This document shows positions 27,396-37,011 of a stretch of 64,000 nt of DNA, piece by piece (within the stretch, counting starts at the first letter, position 1; every line of letters begins with the position of its first letter). The notes under the pieces were generated by a model. That model had not been told where the DNA came from, ran no database searches, and saw only the letters and a list, made by a program, of their open reading frames with translations. Made by a program: the position numbers and the translations under genes. The DNA is from Candidatus Delongbacteria bacterium (GTDB lineage Bacteria > CAIWAD01). The DNA is taken from positions 2,976,001 to 3,040,000 of the forward strand of contig OY760505.1 of assembly GCA_963663545.1 (NCBI GenBank), written 5' to 3'.

Positions 27396-30149
27396 ATGTC
27401 CATGTCCCACGTCGCTGACTCGCACTGCCCAGCTGAAGACGACATCGACCAACTGCAGGAACGTGTTCGCGCGCTTGGCGCCGAGTGCGAACGCCTGCGT
27501 AGCGAGAATGACCGACTGCGTCAAACCATCGACAATGTCCCTGCGCTGATTTTCCGCAAGGATTGCCATAACCACATCCTGGAGATCAATCGCACCTTCG
27601 CTGAGCGCATGCAGGTCAGTGCTGCCGACTGGGCGGGACGTTCCTGCGACGAGCTCTTTCCGCCCGATATCGCCAAGGGCTACTGGGAAGCGGATCAGCA
27701 GGTTCTGATTCGTGGAACGGCTTGCCCGCCAGTGTTGGAATACCTGCAATTGCCGGATGGCACACGGCGCGTGTACGAGACCAGCAAAATTCCGCTCTAC
27801 GATGATCAGGGCAGGATCTGTGAAATCCTGGGTCTGGCCATCGACATTGAAGATCAGCTGAAGGCCACCCAGGCCCTTGAAGCCAGCGAGCAGCGTTTTC
27901 GGGAACTCTATGAGGAGCTGAGCCAAGGTGTCGCCTACCAGGATGATACAGGCAAAATCCTGATGGCCAATCCGGCCGCCCTGGAGATACTTGGCTGCAC
28001 GGTCGATGAGTTGCGCACGGCTTCCTCCTTGGACAAGCGCTGGCGGGCGATTCGTCGCGACGGCAGTGTCTACCCCGGTGAAGAGCATCCTGCTATGCTT
28101 GCGCTGAAAACGGGCAAACGCGTCGAACGCCAATTGATGGGAGTGTACAATCCTCGGCAGCAGCGCTACCGCTGGATCAACATCAGCGCGGTTCCGCTTT
28201 TCCGTGAGGGAGAAGCGCGTCCTTACCAGGTGTTCACCTCCTTTGAGGATCTGAGCGTGCTGATCGAGGCCGAGGAGAAGCTGCGCCTGTTCAAGGCTGC
28301 CATCGAGACCAGCCGCGATCTGCTCTTCGTTCTTGATCCCGGGTATCGCTACCTGCTGGCCAACCAGTCGTATCTGCATTCCTGTCAGCGCAGCGAAGAA
28401 GAGCTGCTGGGTGCCCATGTCCGCGACATTCACGGTGAGGAGTTCTTCCAGCGAGTGCGCGTGTACTTTGAGCGTGTCCTGGCTGGTGAGAGCCATACGC
28501 ATGAGCTTGTTCGGGATTTCCCCGGAAAAGCACAACAGGTATTGCTCGTATCACACGCACCCATCCGGAACGGGCAGGGCGAAGTCGTTGCCGTAGCCAC
28601 CAGCGCGACCAACATTACCGAGCTAAAGGAGCGCGATCGCAGCCTGCGCACGCTGTTGGGCAATTTGCCGGGTATGGCCTACCGCTGTCACAATGACCAT
28701 GACTGGTCGATGGCCTTTGTCAGCGAGGGAGCGCTGGCGCTGACCGGCTACTCTCCTGAGAAGCTGATTTCAGGCGAACTGCCCTACGAGAGCCTGATTC
28801 ATCCCGACGATCGCGAGCTTGTGCGAGAAGCCGTGGAAAGTGGGCTGCAGCAGCGGCGGCATTTCGAGATCGAGTATCGAATTCAGACTGCAGACGGCGA
28901 GACACGTTGGGTCTGGGAGCGTGGCATCGGCTTGGGCGAAGGGGTTGAAGCCACCCTGCTGGAAGGCTTTGTCACAGATGTGAGTGCACGTCGCGCTCTG
29001 GAGGAGAGATTGCACCAGAACCAGCGCGTCGATTCCCTGGGGCGGCTGGCAGGTGGTGTTGCCCACGATCTGAACAACTTGCTCAGTCCCATTCTGGGCT
29101 ATTGTGAATTCCTGCAAGAGGATCTAGCTGACCGGCCGGATCAACAGGGGTATGTAAATGAAGTTTCCCGTGCCGCCAATCGCGCGGCACAGCTGACGCG
29201 GCAGCTACTTGCGCTTGGACGTCGTCAGACACTACAGTTGGTGCCGGAAGACGTGAACACGATTTTGAAAAACTGTCGGGAGCTTCTGGCCAGTGCACTG
29301 CGCGAAGAGATCACACTTGAGTTACAGTTGCACGATGGCGAGCTACTCTGCCTGGTGGATCGTGCACAACTTGAGCAGGTGCTGGTCAATCTGGCGCTGA
29401 ATGCGCGCGACGCCATGTCCGGCGGCGGACGTGTGGTGATTCAGAGCGCGTGTATCACGGCGGAGGCCGGTAGTCTTCCTGGGCTGGAAAGTAGTGGCCG
29501 TTTTGCCAGTCTGAGTGTGACGGATAGCGGCTGCGGCATGTCAGAAGAGGTCCTGGCGCGCCTTTTCGAGCCTTTCTACAGCACGAAGCCGCGTACCGCA
29601 GGGTGCGGACTGGGCCTGGCCAGCGCCTTTGGCATTATCAAACAACATAACGGCCATTTATGGGCCGAGAGTCGCGAAGGCTTGGGCAGTGCTTTCCACA
29701 TTCTATTGCCGCTGCGTGATACGGCTGAGTCCCGGGAACCTGAATCGGTATCGAAGACGAAGCTGGCCAAGGAGCAGCTTTCTTGCTGTGTGCTCGTGGT
29801 AGAGGATGAAGAGCAGGTGCGTGCCCTGGCCGTGCGCTTTCTGACGCGAATGGGCTATCGGGTCGTTGCAGCTATGGATGGCCATGACGCCTTGCGCATT
29901 GTCGCGGAGCGGGAGCTGCGGCCCGGCCTTATGTTGAGCGACGTGATCATGCCCGGCATGAACGGCCGTGAACTCTACGATCAGCTTCAGCAGCGGATTC
30001 CCGGGCTGCGCGTGATCTTCATGTCCGGCTACACGGACGATGTGCTGGAAAAGCGCGGCGGTATGCCCGTGGGTGCGCACTTCCTTTCCAAACCTTTCAC
30101 TTATCGCAGTATGGAGGCCAAGATCCAGGAGGCCCTGGGCGAGGCCTGA
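27396..30149 (+). CDS. Cytoplasmic multi-PAS hybrid histidine kinase/response regulator
   Basis: Four PAS-like domains, H-box GGVAHDLNN, NARDAM, FEPFYSTK, GLGL, and a C-terminal receiver (VVEDE, SDVIMP, SKPF). Confidence 0.93.
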   Translation: MSMSHVADSHCPAEDDIDQLQERVRALGAECERLRSENDRLRQTIDNVPALIFRKDCHNHILEINRTFAERMQVSAADWAGRSCDELFPPDIAKGYWEADQQVLIRGTACPPVLEYLQLPDGTRRVYETSKIPLYDDQGRICEILGLAIDIEDQLKATQALEASEQRFRELYEELSQGVAYQDDTGKILMANPAALEILGCTVDELRTASSLDKRWRAIRRDGSVYPGEEHPAMLALKTGKRVERQLMGVYNPRQQRYRWINISAVPLFREGEARPYQVFTSFEDLSVLIEAEEKLRLFKAAIETSRDLLFVLDPGYRYLLANQSYLHSCQRSEEELLGAHVRDIHGEEFFQRVRVYFERVLAGESHTHELVRDFPGKAQQVLLVSHAPIRNGQGEVVAVATSATNITELKERDRSLRTLLGNLPGMAYRCHNDHDWSMAFVSEGALALTGYSPEKLISGELPYESLIHPDDRELVREAVESGLQQRRHFEIEYRIQTADGETRWVWERGIGLGEGVEATLLEGFVTDVSARRALEERLHQNQRVDSLGRLAGGVAHDLNNLLSPILGYCEFLQEDLADRPDQQGYVNEVSRAANRAAQLTRQLLALGRRQTLQLVPEDVNTILKNCRELLASALREEITLELQLHDGELLCLVDRAQLEQVLVNLALNARDAMSGGGRVVIQSACITAEAGSLPGLESSGRFASLSVTDSGCGMSEEVLARLFEPFYSTKPRTAGCGLGLASAFGIIKQHNGHLWAESREGLGSAFHILLPLRDTAESREPESVSKTKLAKEQLSCCVLVVEDEEQVRALAVRFLTRMGYRVVAAMDGHDALRIVAERELRPGLMLSDVIMPGMNGRELYDQLQQRIPGLRVIFMSGYTDDVLEKRGGMPVGAHFLSKPFTYRSMEAKIQEALGEA

Positions 30150-30174
30150 TCCTATCCATATCCTATCACAAAAG

Positions 30175-30402
30175 GGGCGCGACATTGTCGCAGCCCAGGC
30201 GTACTTGTGCCGTTGCGCGTCTCAAGTCCGGTGCCGCATCTGCGAACCTAGCTTCACGCTTCTGGAGTGCAAATAAAATGGGCGCGGCATCGTCGCAGCC
30301 CAGGCGTACTTGTGCCGCTGCACGTCTCAAGTACGGTGCCGCGCTTGTCAACACTGCTTCCCGTTTCAGGGTGAACAAAAAAGGGCGCGATTTCTCGCGC
30401 CC
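30175..30402. repeat. Structured direct repeats, ~105-nt period (two full, one partial)
   Basis: Units start at 30175, 30280 and 30383 with a GGGCGCG...CGC(A)GCCC hairpin. Units 1 and 2 share AGGCGTACTTGTGCCG.TGC.CGTCTCAAGT.CGGTGCCGC. Confidence 0.8.
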
Positions 30403-30624
30403 AGAGTGCCGCGCTTTTCAGCGCGCCGCAGCGTGTGGAGTGCGCTGCGTTTTTTTCATCTGTGGCTTGTGGCAGGCCACAGTCGAAGTCGGTTCCCGTT
30501 TCGGCTCATGTCCGAACCGCGTCCACTTGCAGTATCGAGCGCCAGGAAAAATGCTTGAGCCTTTTTTCAACTTTTTTTCGCCTCAGCTTTGAAGGAGTCG
30601 AAAAAAAGCGACGAAGCCACTGAA

Positions 30625-31014
30625 TCAGCTTTGTGCGGCCGGAGGCTCTTCTTCTATGTCCGGTAGCAGCCGCTCGATGCGCAGCACAACCTCGTCCGGA
30701 TCGATGTGCCCGCCCCAACGGGCCTCCACCCTTGTGTGGTGAAAGAGCAGCAGCGAAGGCGTTCCGCGCACACCATAACGTTGCAGGGTAACTGGATTGC
30801 GCATGGCGTTGGCGCGCGCTGTGCGAAGCTCGTCACCGAAATAGCGCTGCAGTTCGGAGAGCAGACCGCTCACCGTGCGGCAGCCGCTTCAAGTGTTCGA
30901 ATACACTTCCAGCAGCAGTGGACGCTCATCCTCACGAAGGAGCTCTTCCAGCATGCCATCCTGGATTTCCTCAGGGCGATTCCCTAGCCCGATCAGCTTT
31001 TTCAGAAAAGACAT
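30625..31014 (-). CDS. Thioredoxin-like selenoprotein (UxxC)
   Basis: ORFs 30889-31104 and 30625-30873 are in one frame, joined by TGA: PLLLEVYSNT-U-SGC-RTV...YGVRGTPSLLLF. GGAGG SD before the ATG at 31014. Confidence 0.85.
30843..30888 (-). promoter_or_regulatory. Putative bacterial SECIS element
   Basis: Directly after UGA: AGCGGCUGC...CGG-U-GAGC-GGUCU-GCUC-U-CCG...GCAGCGCU. Apical loop about 21 nt from the UGA. Confidence 0.7.
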
Positions 31015-31200
31015 AACACCTCCAGCGGCCAAACTGGTGAACGTGCGCGGCTCACACAAGCGTGAAAGCGCAAGCCTAGCTTCGTGCTCGCCGTCGTGGC
31101 TCACGCCAATGGGGCGACTACCTTATTTTGCGCATCGGGATCGACGCCAGTATTCGTTGCAGTGGCAGCAGGGTGTTGTATCCACCAAGCTGGGAGCACG

Positions 31201-33594
31201 ATGGAACTGATTGAACTGTGTCGTTTGACCGCGACCCGCCTGGGGATGAAGCTTTCCCAGGTGCAGGCTACGGTGAATCTGCTTGAAGAGGGCAACACCG
31301 TCCCCTTCATCACACGCTATCGCAAAGAGATGACCGGTGGACTGGATGAAGAAGAAATCCGCCGCATCGAAGAGGGACTCAACACCGTTCGCCAGTTGGA
31401 GGATCGCCGGCAGAGCGTGCTGGAAAGCATCGAGAGTCAGGGCAAGCTGGACGACGAGCTGCGTGCGCGAATTCTGGCTTGTGATACATTGACCACCCTC
31501 GAAGATCTCTATCTGCCCTATCGTCCGAAGCGCAAGACGCGAGCGGGTGAAGCGCGCCGCCGCGGACTGGCACCTTTGGCAGCCTGTCTGCTCAGTCGGT
31601 GCCGACCAGGACGTCCCTGGCTGCAGGAGCTGTCCGAGTGGGGCGAAGTGGAGAATCCTTTGAGCGCAGAACGCATAACCGAGTTGGCGAAGTGTGACAC
31701 AGCGGAAGAAGCCGCCAAGGCTTTCTGTCTGCATGAAGAGGTCGCCGACCTGTTGGATGCGCTTGCGGGTGCCCGAGATATCGTGGCCGAATTAATCAAC
31801 GAGGATGCGCAACTGCGTGCTACTCTGCGAGATGCGGGTCAGAAGCGTGTATCACTGCAGTCGAAGTTGGCGGACCCGGCACACGCTGAAGCCGGTCGCT
31901 TTACGATGTATCACGACTTCGGCGAGAGCCTGGCTACGCTTCCGCCTCACCGAATTCTAGCGCTCAATCGTGGCGAATCACTGGGCGTGTTACAACTCAA
32001 GCTGGCCTGGGATTCCATCGATCCGCAGCACATTGTTGAGCAAGCTTGGCTTACGCGACCCGCCGACCCGTGGGCGGGGGAAATACGAGAAGCCATTGCC
32101 GATGGACTGGCACGCCTGCTTCTGCCTGCGCTCGGTCGCGACCTGCGCCGTGAACTTAGCGAGCGGGCCGAGGACCATTCGCTGGTGCTGTTTGCCACCA
32201 ATCTGCGCCAGTTGCTTTTGCAGCCACCACTGAATGGCAAGCGCATTTTGGGAATCGATCCTGGCTACCGAACCGGCTGTAAAGTGGCTGCAATAGACGA
32301 GCAAGGCCACTATCTAGAAGGCGGCACCATCTATCCGCATCCGCCTCAGAACAAGGCGATGGAAGCCAAACTGCTGCTGCTGGAGATGGTGCGCAAACAT
32401 CGCGTGGATGTGGTCGCCATCGGCAATGGTACCGCTGGCCGTGAGACGGAAGAATTGGTCGCGGAGCTGATTGGCGAGAACCAGTTGGAGTTGCGCTTTA
32501 CCGTAGTGGACGAGGCGGGAGCTAGCGTTTACAGTGCCTCCGAAGAAGCACGCGAGGAGTTCCCTGCGCTGGATGCAACACAGCGGGGAAACATTTCTAT
32601 TGCACGCAGGCTGTTGGACCCACTGGCAGAGCTGGTCAAAATCGATCCGCGTAGCCTGGGTGTCGGTCAGTACCAGCACGATGTTGACGCCAAGCGGCTC
32701 GGGGAGCGGCTGGAGCAGGTGGTGGAATCCTGCGTGAATCACGTGGGTGTGGATCTTAACACCGCTTCGGCCAGCTTGTTGCGCCGCGTTGCCGGTGTGA
32801 CACGTCGTGTTGGAACTGCCATCGTTGAGCATCGCTCAGAGCACGGGCCCTTTACCAATCGGCGCCAATTGCTGCAGGTCCGCGGACTAGGCCCGGCCGC
32901 ATTCCAGCAGTGCGCGGGCTTCTTGCGCATTCGCGAAGGCGAGCAGGCCCTGGACAATACAGCGGTGCATCCCGAGAGCTACTCCGCTGTTGAAGAGCTT
33001 GCGCGCAGTTTCGGTATGAATGAGCTGGAGCCATTGTCCCTGGCCGCCAGCATCGATCGCAGACTCCATGGCGAGAGCAATCTGGCGGAATTGGCGGCTT
33101 CAGTGGGATTGGGCGTACCCACATTGACAGACATTCTGGCGGAGCTGCGCAAGCCCGGTCGTGACCCACGCGAGGAACTTGACCCGCCGCCGATGCGTGG
33201 TGGTATCACGCGCCTGGAAGACTTGCATCCCGGCACAGTGCTTGACGGTGTTGTTCGCAACATCGTCGACTTTGGTGCCTTTGTGGATGTAGGCCTGAAG
33301 AACGATGGCCTGATTCATGTATCACAGATTTCACATCGTCGCATTAATCATCCCTCCGACGTGTTACAGGTCGGTCAGCGTCTGAAGGTATCGGTGCTGG
33401 AAGTGGATCACGCGCGCGGACGAATCAGCCTGTCGTTGAAAGCACTCGAGGAGCCGCCCGCACATCGACCGCGTTCAGGTGGACGCGAGCATCGGCCCGA
33501 GCGGCAGCGCGAGGATCGTCAGCGACAGGAACCACCAAGACCGGGCAGTATCGGAGCAATTCTGCAGGACAAAGCGCGGAGGCGAAACAAGTGA
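31201..33594 (+). CDS. tex: Tex family RNA-binding transcriptional accessory protein
   Basis: TVPFITRYRKEMTGGLDE, EDLYLPY, GIDPGYRTGCK, EAGASVYSAS, GVGQYQHDV and a C-terminal S1 domain. Confidence 0.95.
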   Translation: MELIELCRLTATRLGMKLSQVQATVNLLEEGNTVPFITRYRKEMTGGLDEEEIRRIEEGLNTVRQLEDRRQSVLESIESQGKLDDELRARILACDTLTTLEDLYLPYRPKRKTRAGEARRRGLAPLAACLLSRCRPGRPWLQELSEWGEVENPLSAERITELAKCDTAEEAAKAFCLHEEVADLLDALAGARDIVAELINEDAQLRATLRDAGQKRVSLQSKLADPAHAEAGRFTMYHDFGESLATLPPHRILALNRGESLGVLQLKLAWDSIDPQHIVEQAWLTRPADPWAGEIREAIADGLARLLLPALGRDLRRELSERAEDHSLVLFATNLRQLLLQPPLNGKRILGIDPGYRTGCKVAAIDEQGHYLEGGTIYPHPPQNKAMEAKLLLLEMVRKHRVDVVAIGNGTAGRETEELVAELIGENQLELRFTVVDEAGASVYSASEEAREEFPALDATQRGNISIARRLLDPLAELVKIDPRSLGVGQYQHDVDAKRLGERLEQVVESCVNHVGVDLNTASASLLRRVAGVTRRVGTAIVEHRSEHGPFTNRRQLLQVRGLGPAAFQQCAGFLRIREGEQALDNTAVHPESYSAVEELARSFGMNELEPLSLAASIDRRLHGESNLAELAASVGLGVPTLTDILAELRKPGRDPREELDPPPMRGGITRLEDLHPGTVLDGVVRNIVDFGAFVDVGLKNDGLIHVSQISHRRINHPSDVLQVGQRLKVSVLEVDHARGRISLSLKALEEPPAHRPRSGGREHRPERQREDRQRQEPPRPGSIGAILQDKARRRNK

Positions 33595-34424
33595 GACGGC
33601 TGTGCTTTCTGTTTCCACTGCTGTTCTTGGCGGCGTGCACGCTGCATGAGAAGGATTGGTCCACTGAGCCGCTGCAGGATCTGCTACTCCACCAGCAGCA
33701 GAATTTCGCGGGCATCGAGCATATCGAGGTTTCCTGGCGCGCCACATTCGAGTCGGCGCGCATTGGCCGTGTCCCCTTTCGCCTTGACGTGGACTGGAAT
33801 CCGGAGAAAATGAAGCTGGAGTTGGCCACGCCGCTCGGTGGTCGTCTACTGAGTCTGGAGGGCGACCCCGCCTCGACGACACTATCAAGTGGTCGCAGCC
33901 TGCCGCGCCTGTTGCGCCGCGGCCTGGGCGCTCTTGATGAGAGCGGTTGGCAGGGCGAATTGCGCACGGGACTCGAGGGCCTGTTGAAGACAGAGGGCGA
34001 GCGACTGGGGGCCTTTCGTATCACATATGCTTCCGAAGAGGCTGCGCTTGTGTTACCACTTCTGGACGACAGTATCACGGGTTTGCTGGAAGATTGCACG
34101 CGCGCTACTGTTGCCCCTTGGCTCTGGGGTGAGCTGCTTCCCGGATCCGGTGCATTACCTTCCGATGCTGGTGAAGGCACGCTGTCGCTGTGTCACGCCG
34201 ATACTTGCTGGACCCTTGATTCGCGCAGCGGATTGTGGAACGGCATGCGACTACCCGGTATTGAACTCGAGCTACGTCAGTTCTCGCGTCAGGAAGGCAT
34301 CACATTGCCGAAAGTGATACGTTTGACCAGGCGTGAAAAGCAGCAGCGACTGATTCTGGAACGCCGTCGCTTGCATCTCAATCGACCCATAGCCAATGAA
34401 GCGGAGCCTGAAACGGATGAGTGA
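33591..34424 (+). CDS. Hypothetical lipoprotein, possibly LolB-like
   Basis: Lipobox LAAC, LELATPLGGRLL segment and C-terminal LPKVIRLTR...RLIL. Overlaps neighbouring genes. Confidence 0.65.
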   Translation: MRRLCFLFPLLFLAACTLHEKDWSTEPLQDLLLHQQQNFAGIEHIEVSWRATFESARIGRVPFRLDVDWNPEKMKLELATPLGGRLLSLEGDPASTTLSSGRSLPRLLRRGLGALDESGWQGELRTGLEGLLKTEGERLGAFRITYASEEAALVLPLLDDSITGLLEDCTRATVAPWLWGELLPGSGALPSDAGEGTLSLCHADTCWTLDSRSGLWNGMRLPGIELELRQFSRQEGITLPKVIRLTRREKQQRLILERRRLHLNRPIANEAEPETDE

Positions 34425-35358
34425 GCAGAAAGCGCGTACAATCAGTTTCGTGATTCCATTGCTCAATGAGGAGCAGAGTCTTGAGCTGCTGTATCAGGGT
34501 ATCAAACAGCAGTGTGATACGTCCGGGTTTGCCTACGAGATTCTCTTTGTTGATGACGGTTCAACCGATGGCAGCCTGAGTGTGATACGGGAGCTTTCCC
34601 GTCGTGATTCGCAAGTGCACTGCATCTCTTTCCGACGTAACTTCGGCAAGTCCGACGCGCTGGATGCGGGTTTTCACGCCGCTAGCGGAGAGTTGGTGTT
34701 TACCATGGATGCCGATCTGCAGGACGATCCCAAAGAGATTCCCCATTTCGTTGAGGCCATTGATCAAGGGAGCGATCTGGTTAGTGGTTGGAAGCGCGTA
34801 CGTCATGATCCCGTGCTGACCAAAAATCTACCCTCGCGCCTTTTCAACCGTGTTACAAGCATGGCCTCCGGTGTACGTTTACACGATTTTAACTGTGGCT
34901 TCAAGTGCTACCGTCGCGAAGTGACACGCTCATTGCATGTCTATGGAGAACTGCACCGCTTCCTGCCCGCCATTGCCCACATCAAGGGCTTTCGTGTTAC
35001 AGAGATCGCCGTCGAGCATCATGCCCGTCCTTATGGTCATTCCAAGTTTGGAGCCAGTCGATTTCTCAATGGCATGCTGGACCTGATGACCGTGGTCTTT
35101 ACAACGCGCTATTTGCGCAAACCGCTACACTTCTTTGGTCCCTGGGGTGTTCTCGCTCTCGTGCTTGGCGTTTTAATCAACGCCTGGCTCACGGTGGACA
35201 AACTGGTCTTTGGCCACGGCTTGAGTAATCGTCCACTGCTGATTCTGGGTGTTTTGCTGATGATCGTCGGCCTGCAGTTGATTTCGCTGGGCCTGCTAGG
35301 TGAGATGATTCAGCGAGCAGATACAAAGCCGCAGTACATGGTGCGCGAAGAATTCTAA
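34417..35358 (+). CDS. GT2 glycosyltransferase (ArnC/DPM1-like)
   Basis: VDDGSTD, RRNFGKS, MDADLQDDP, DFNCGFKCY and two C-terminal TM helices. Confidence 0.93.
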   Translation: MSEQKARTISFVIPLLNEEQSLELLYQGIKQQCDTSGFAYEILFVDDGSTDGSLSVIRELSRRDSQVHCISFRRNFGKSDALDAGFHAASGELVFTMDADLQDDPKEIPHFVEAIDQGSDLVSGWKRVRHDPVLTKNLPSRLFNRVTSMASGVRLHDFNCGFKCYRREVTRSLHVYGELHRFLPAIAHIKGFRVTEIAVEHHARPYGHSKFGASRFLNGMLDLMTVVFTTRYLRKPLHFFGPWGVLALVLGVLINAWLTVDKLVFGHGLSNRPLLILGVLLMIVGLQLISLGLLGEMIQRADTKPQYMVREEF

Positions 35359-35384
35359 CAGGTATCGAATCTGACTTCAGAAGC

Positions 35385-35410
35385 AACCCCTGTCTGTGCA
35401 GGGGTTTTCT
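35385..35410 (+). terminator. Intrinsic terminator
   Basis: AACCCCTG...CAGGGGTT followed by TTCT. Confidence 0.7.
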
Positions 35411-35448
35411 GGTTCTGAAACATGCAAAGGGTCGTACACGCAGGCCCG

Positions 35449-35624
35449 AAAATACTGAACCCCGACCTGGCGATCGGGGTTCGGACGTGAATCTAGACGG
35501 GAAGAATAAGGAGAGGTATCCTGAAACTGCTTAGCTTCATTCTCTGGTCTGGTCAAGTAAGGGACCGGCCGAGGTCAGGAGTCGATGATCCATCGGCCGG
35601 TGCCCTTCCATGAACCTGAACCTG
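35449..35624 (-). ncRNA. Putative sigma54-dependent small RNA
   Basis: Starts at the expected +1 of a -24/-12 promoter. Long 5' hairpin (35559-35607), unpaired CCUCUCCUU, and a 9-bp terminal hairpin (35457-35482) followed by AGUAUUUU. Confidence 0.55.
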
Positions 35625-35634
35625 CCCTCTATTA

Positions 35635-35650
35635 AGCAAGTCTAGTGCCA
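35635..35650 (-). promoter_or_regulatory. Sigma54 -24/-12 promoter
   Basis: - strand TGGCACTAGACTTGCT matches TGGCAC-N5-TTGCW. Confidence 0.7.
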
Positions 35651-35894
35651 AAAGGTCAAGCCCTGTAAAAACAAAAGTTGCTATTTGGGCCGTGTATGAT
35701 TTGCTTAATTCATGGCAGAGCTTGTTAGAAAGGGTAAACGTCCGGAAGAAGAGCTGTACGTCAAAACTGACAACCCGCAAGATGAAACCCGTAGCTTTAT
35801 CCTCCGTCAGTGGCGGCTTGTTTTTCCGGCTTCTTGTGAGCCACGGGTACTCTTGAATCTTCTGCCAATCGGCTGATCATTTCCTGGAGAAGTC

Positions 35895-36983
35895 ATGAAG
35901 TTTCGATCCCTGCTGGGCTGTAGCCTGCTTGTGTTGTTGATCGGGTGTCAAGTAAATGTGAAGAACGGAAACACGCAGGCTGAGGCGGACAGCACTGGTC
36001 AACAGGCCGTACCCGTGGCCGGTGAGCAGGTAGCACGCGGCGATATCAGCTCCTACCTACATCTTAACGGTGTGCTGGCGACCGAAGAGGCGACCCGTGT
36101 TTTTCCGCTTGTCAGCGGTCACGTGGCGCGCTTGCTGGTGGAAGAAGGCGATCATGTTCAGCAGGGTGATACACTGTTGGTGCTCGAGGACGCAGAGCTT
36201 CAGCTTACCGAGCGACGTGCGCGTTTGGATTACGACAAGGCTCAGGCCGACTGCACACGACTCGAAGAGTTGAGTGAGCGTGTACCTGTAGCGCGTCAGG
36301 ATCTGGATGACGCGCGCTATGCCAGCGAACAGGCGCGTCTGAATTGGGAAAGCGCTGCTTTGCAAGTTCGCCGCAGCCGTGTCACAGCGCCCATACGCGG
36401 AGTTATCGCAGAGCGGCTGGTGCGCACCGGCGATTTTGTAACGGGTAACACGCATCTCTTTTCCCTGGTCGATGACCGCGAATTGATTTCCGTGCTGGAT
36501 GTACCTGAGCGCGAGTTGAGCCGTTTGCGTATTGGCCAGGCCGTTGAGATCAGCGCGCTGGCAGACAAGGAGTCTCACCGTGGACGCATTCGCCGCATTG
36601 CTCCCGTAGTGGATTCTGCCAGTGGTACGGTGCGTGTTACAGTGGCATTGGAGGGACAGAATCCGGACTTGCGTGCAGGTATGTATGCGCGTTTTGCCAT
36701 TGTCACAGCGACTCATGAAAACGCACTGCTAGTGCCCAAACGTGCGCTGGTTTACGATCGCGAGCGCGCGTTGGTATTCGTTGCTGCCGATACCAGCGCA
36801 TCGCGCCGCTTACTAGAGCGGGGCTTCGAGACTGAGGATTATGTCGAAGCTCTGGGCGGAGTGAGCGAGCAGGAGACCTTGGTCGTCGTTGGGCAAAGTG
36901 GCCTCAAGGACGGCGCCCCGATCAAGCTTGTGGAACTGAACGGTATCACGCTCAACACCGGTGACAAGTTGGCAGGCAACTAA
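35895..36983 (+). CDS. RND efflux periplasmic adaptor (MFP), lipoprotein
   Basis: Lipobox LIGC, VEEGDHVQQG, VTAPIRG, IAPVVD..SGT and LRAGM. Confidence 0.93.
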   Translation: MKFRSLLGCSLLVLLIGCQVNVKNGNTQAEADSTGQQAVPVAGEQVARGDISSYLHLNGVLATEEATRVFPLVSGHVARLLVEEGDHVQQGDTLLVLEDAELQLTERRARLDYDKAQADCTRLEELSERVPVARQDLDDARYASEQARLNWESAALQVRRSRVTAPIRGVIAERLVRTGDFVTGNTHLFSLVDDRELISVLDVPERELSRLRIGQAVEISALADKESHRGRIRRIAPVVDSASGTVRVTVALEGQNPDLRAGMYARFAIVTATHENALLVPKRALVYDRERALVFVAADTSASRRLLERGFETEDYVEALGGVSEQETLVVVGQSGLKDGAPIKLVELNGITLNTGDKLAGN

Positions 36984-37011
36984 CCACTGAATTTCCCCAT
37001 TCGAGGATAGC

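Noticed and set aside
23324..28535. Long - strand ORFs (23324-24394, 24587-25483, 27378-28535)
   Set aside because: Antisense to ruvB, queA and the histidine kinase. Typical high-GC shadow ORFs.
30625..31104. Two separate small ORFs, or a thioredoxin pseudogene
   Set aside because: The TGA sits at the catalytic position with a SECIS-like hairpin and both halves are intact, so Sec readthrough is more parsimonious.
35449..35624. 6S RNA, tRNA or known riboswitch
   Set aside because: No single long rod with central bubble, cloverleaf or aptamer consensus that I can recognise. An Rfam search is still needed.
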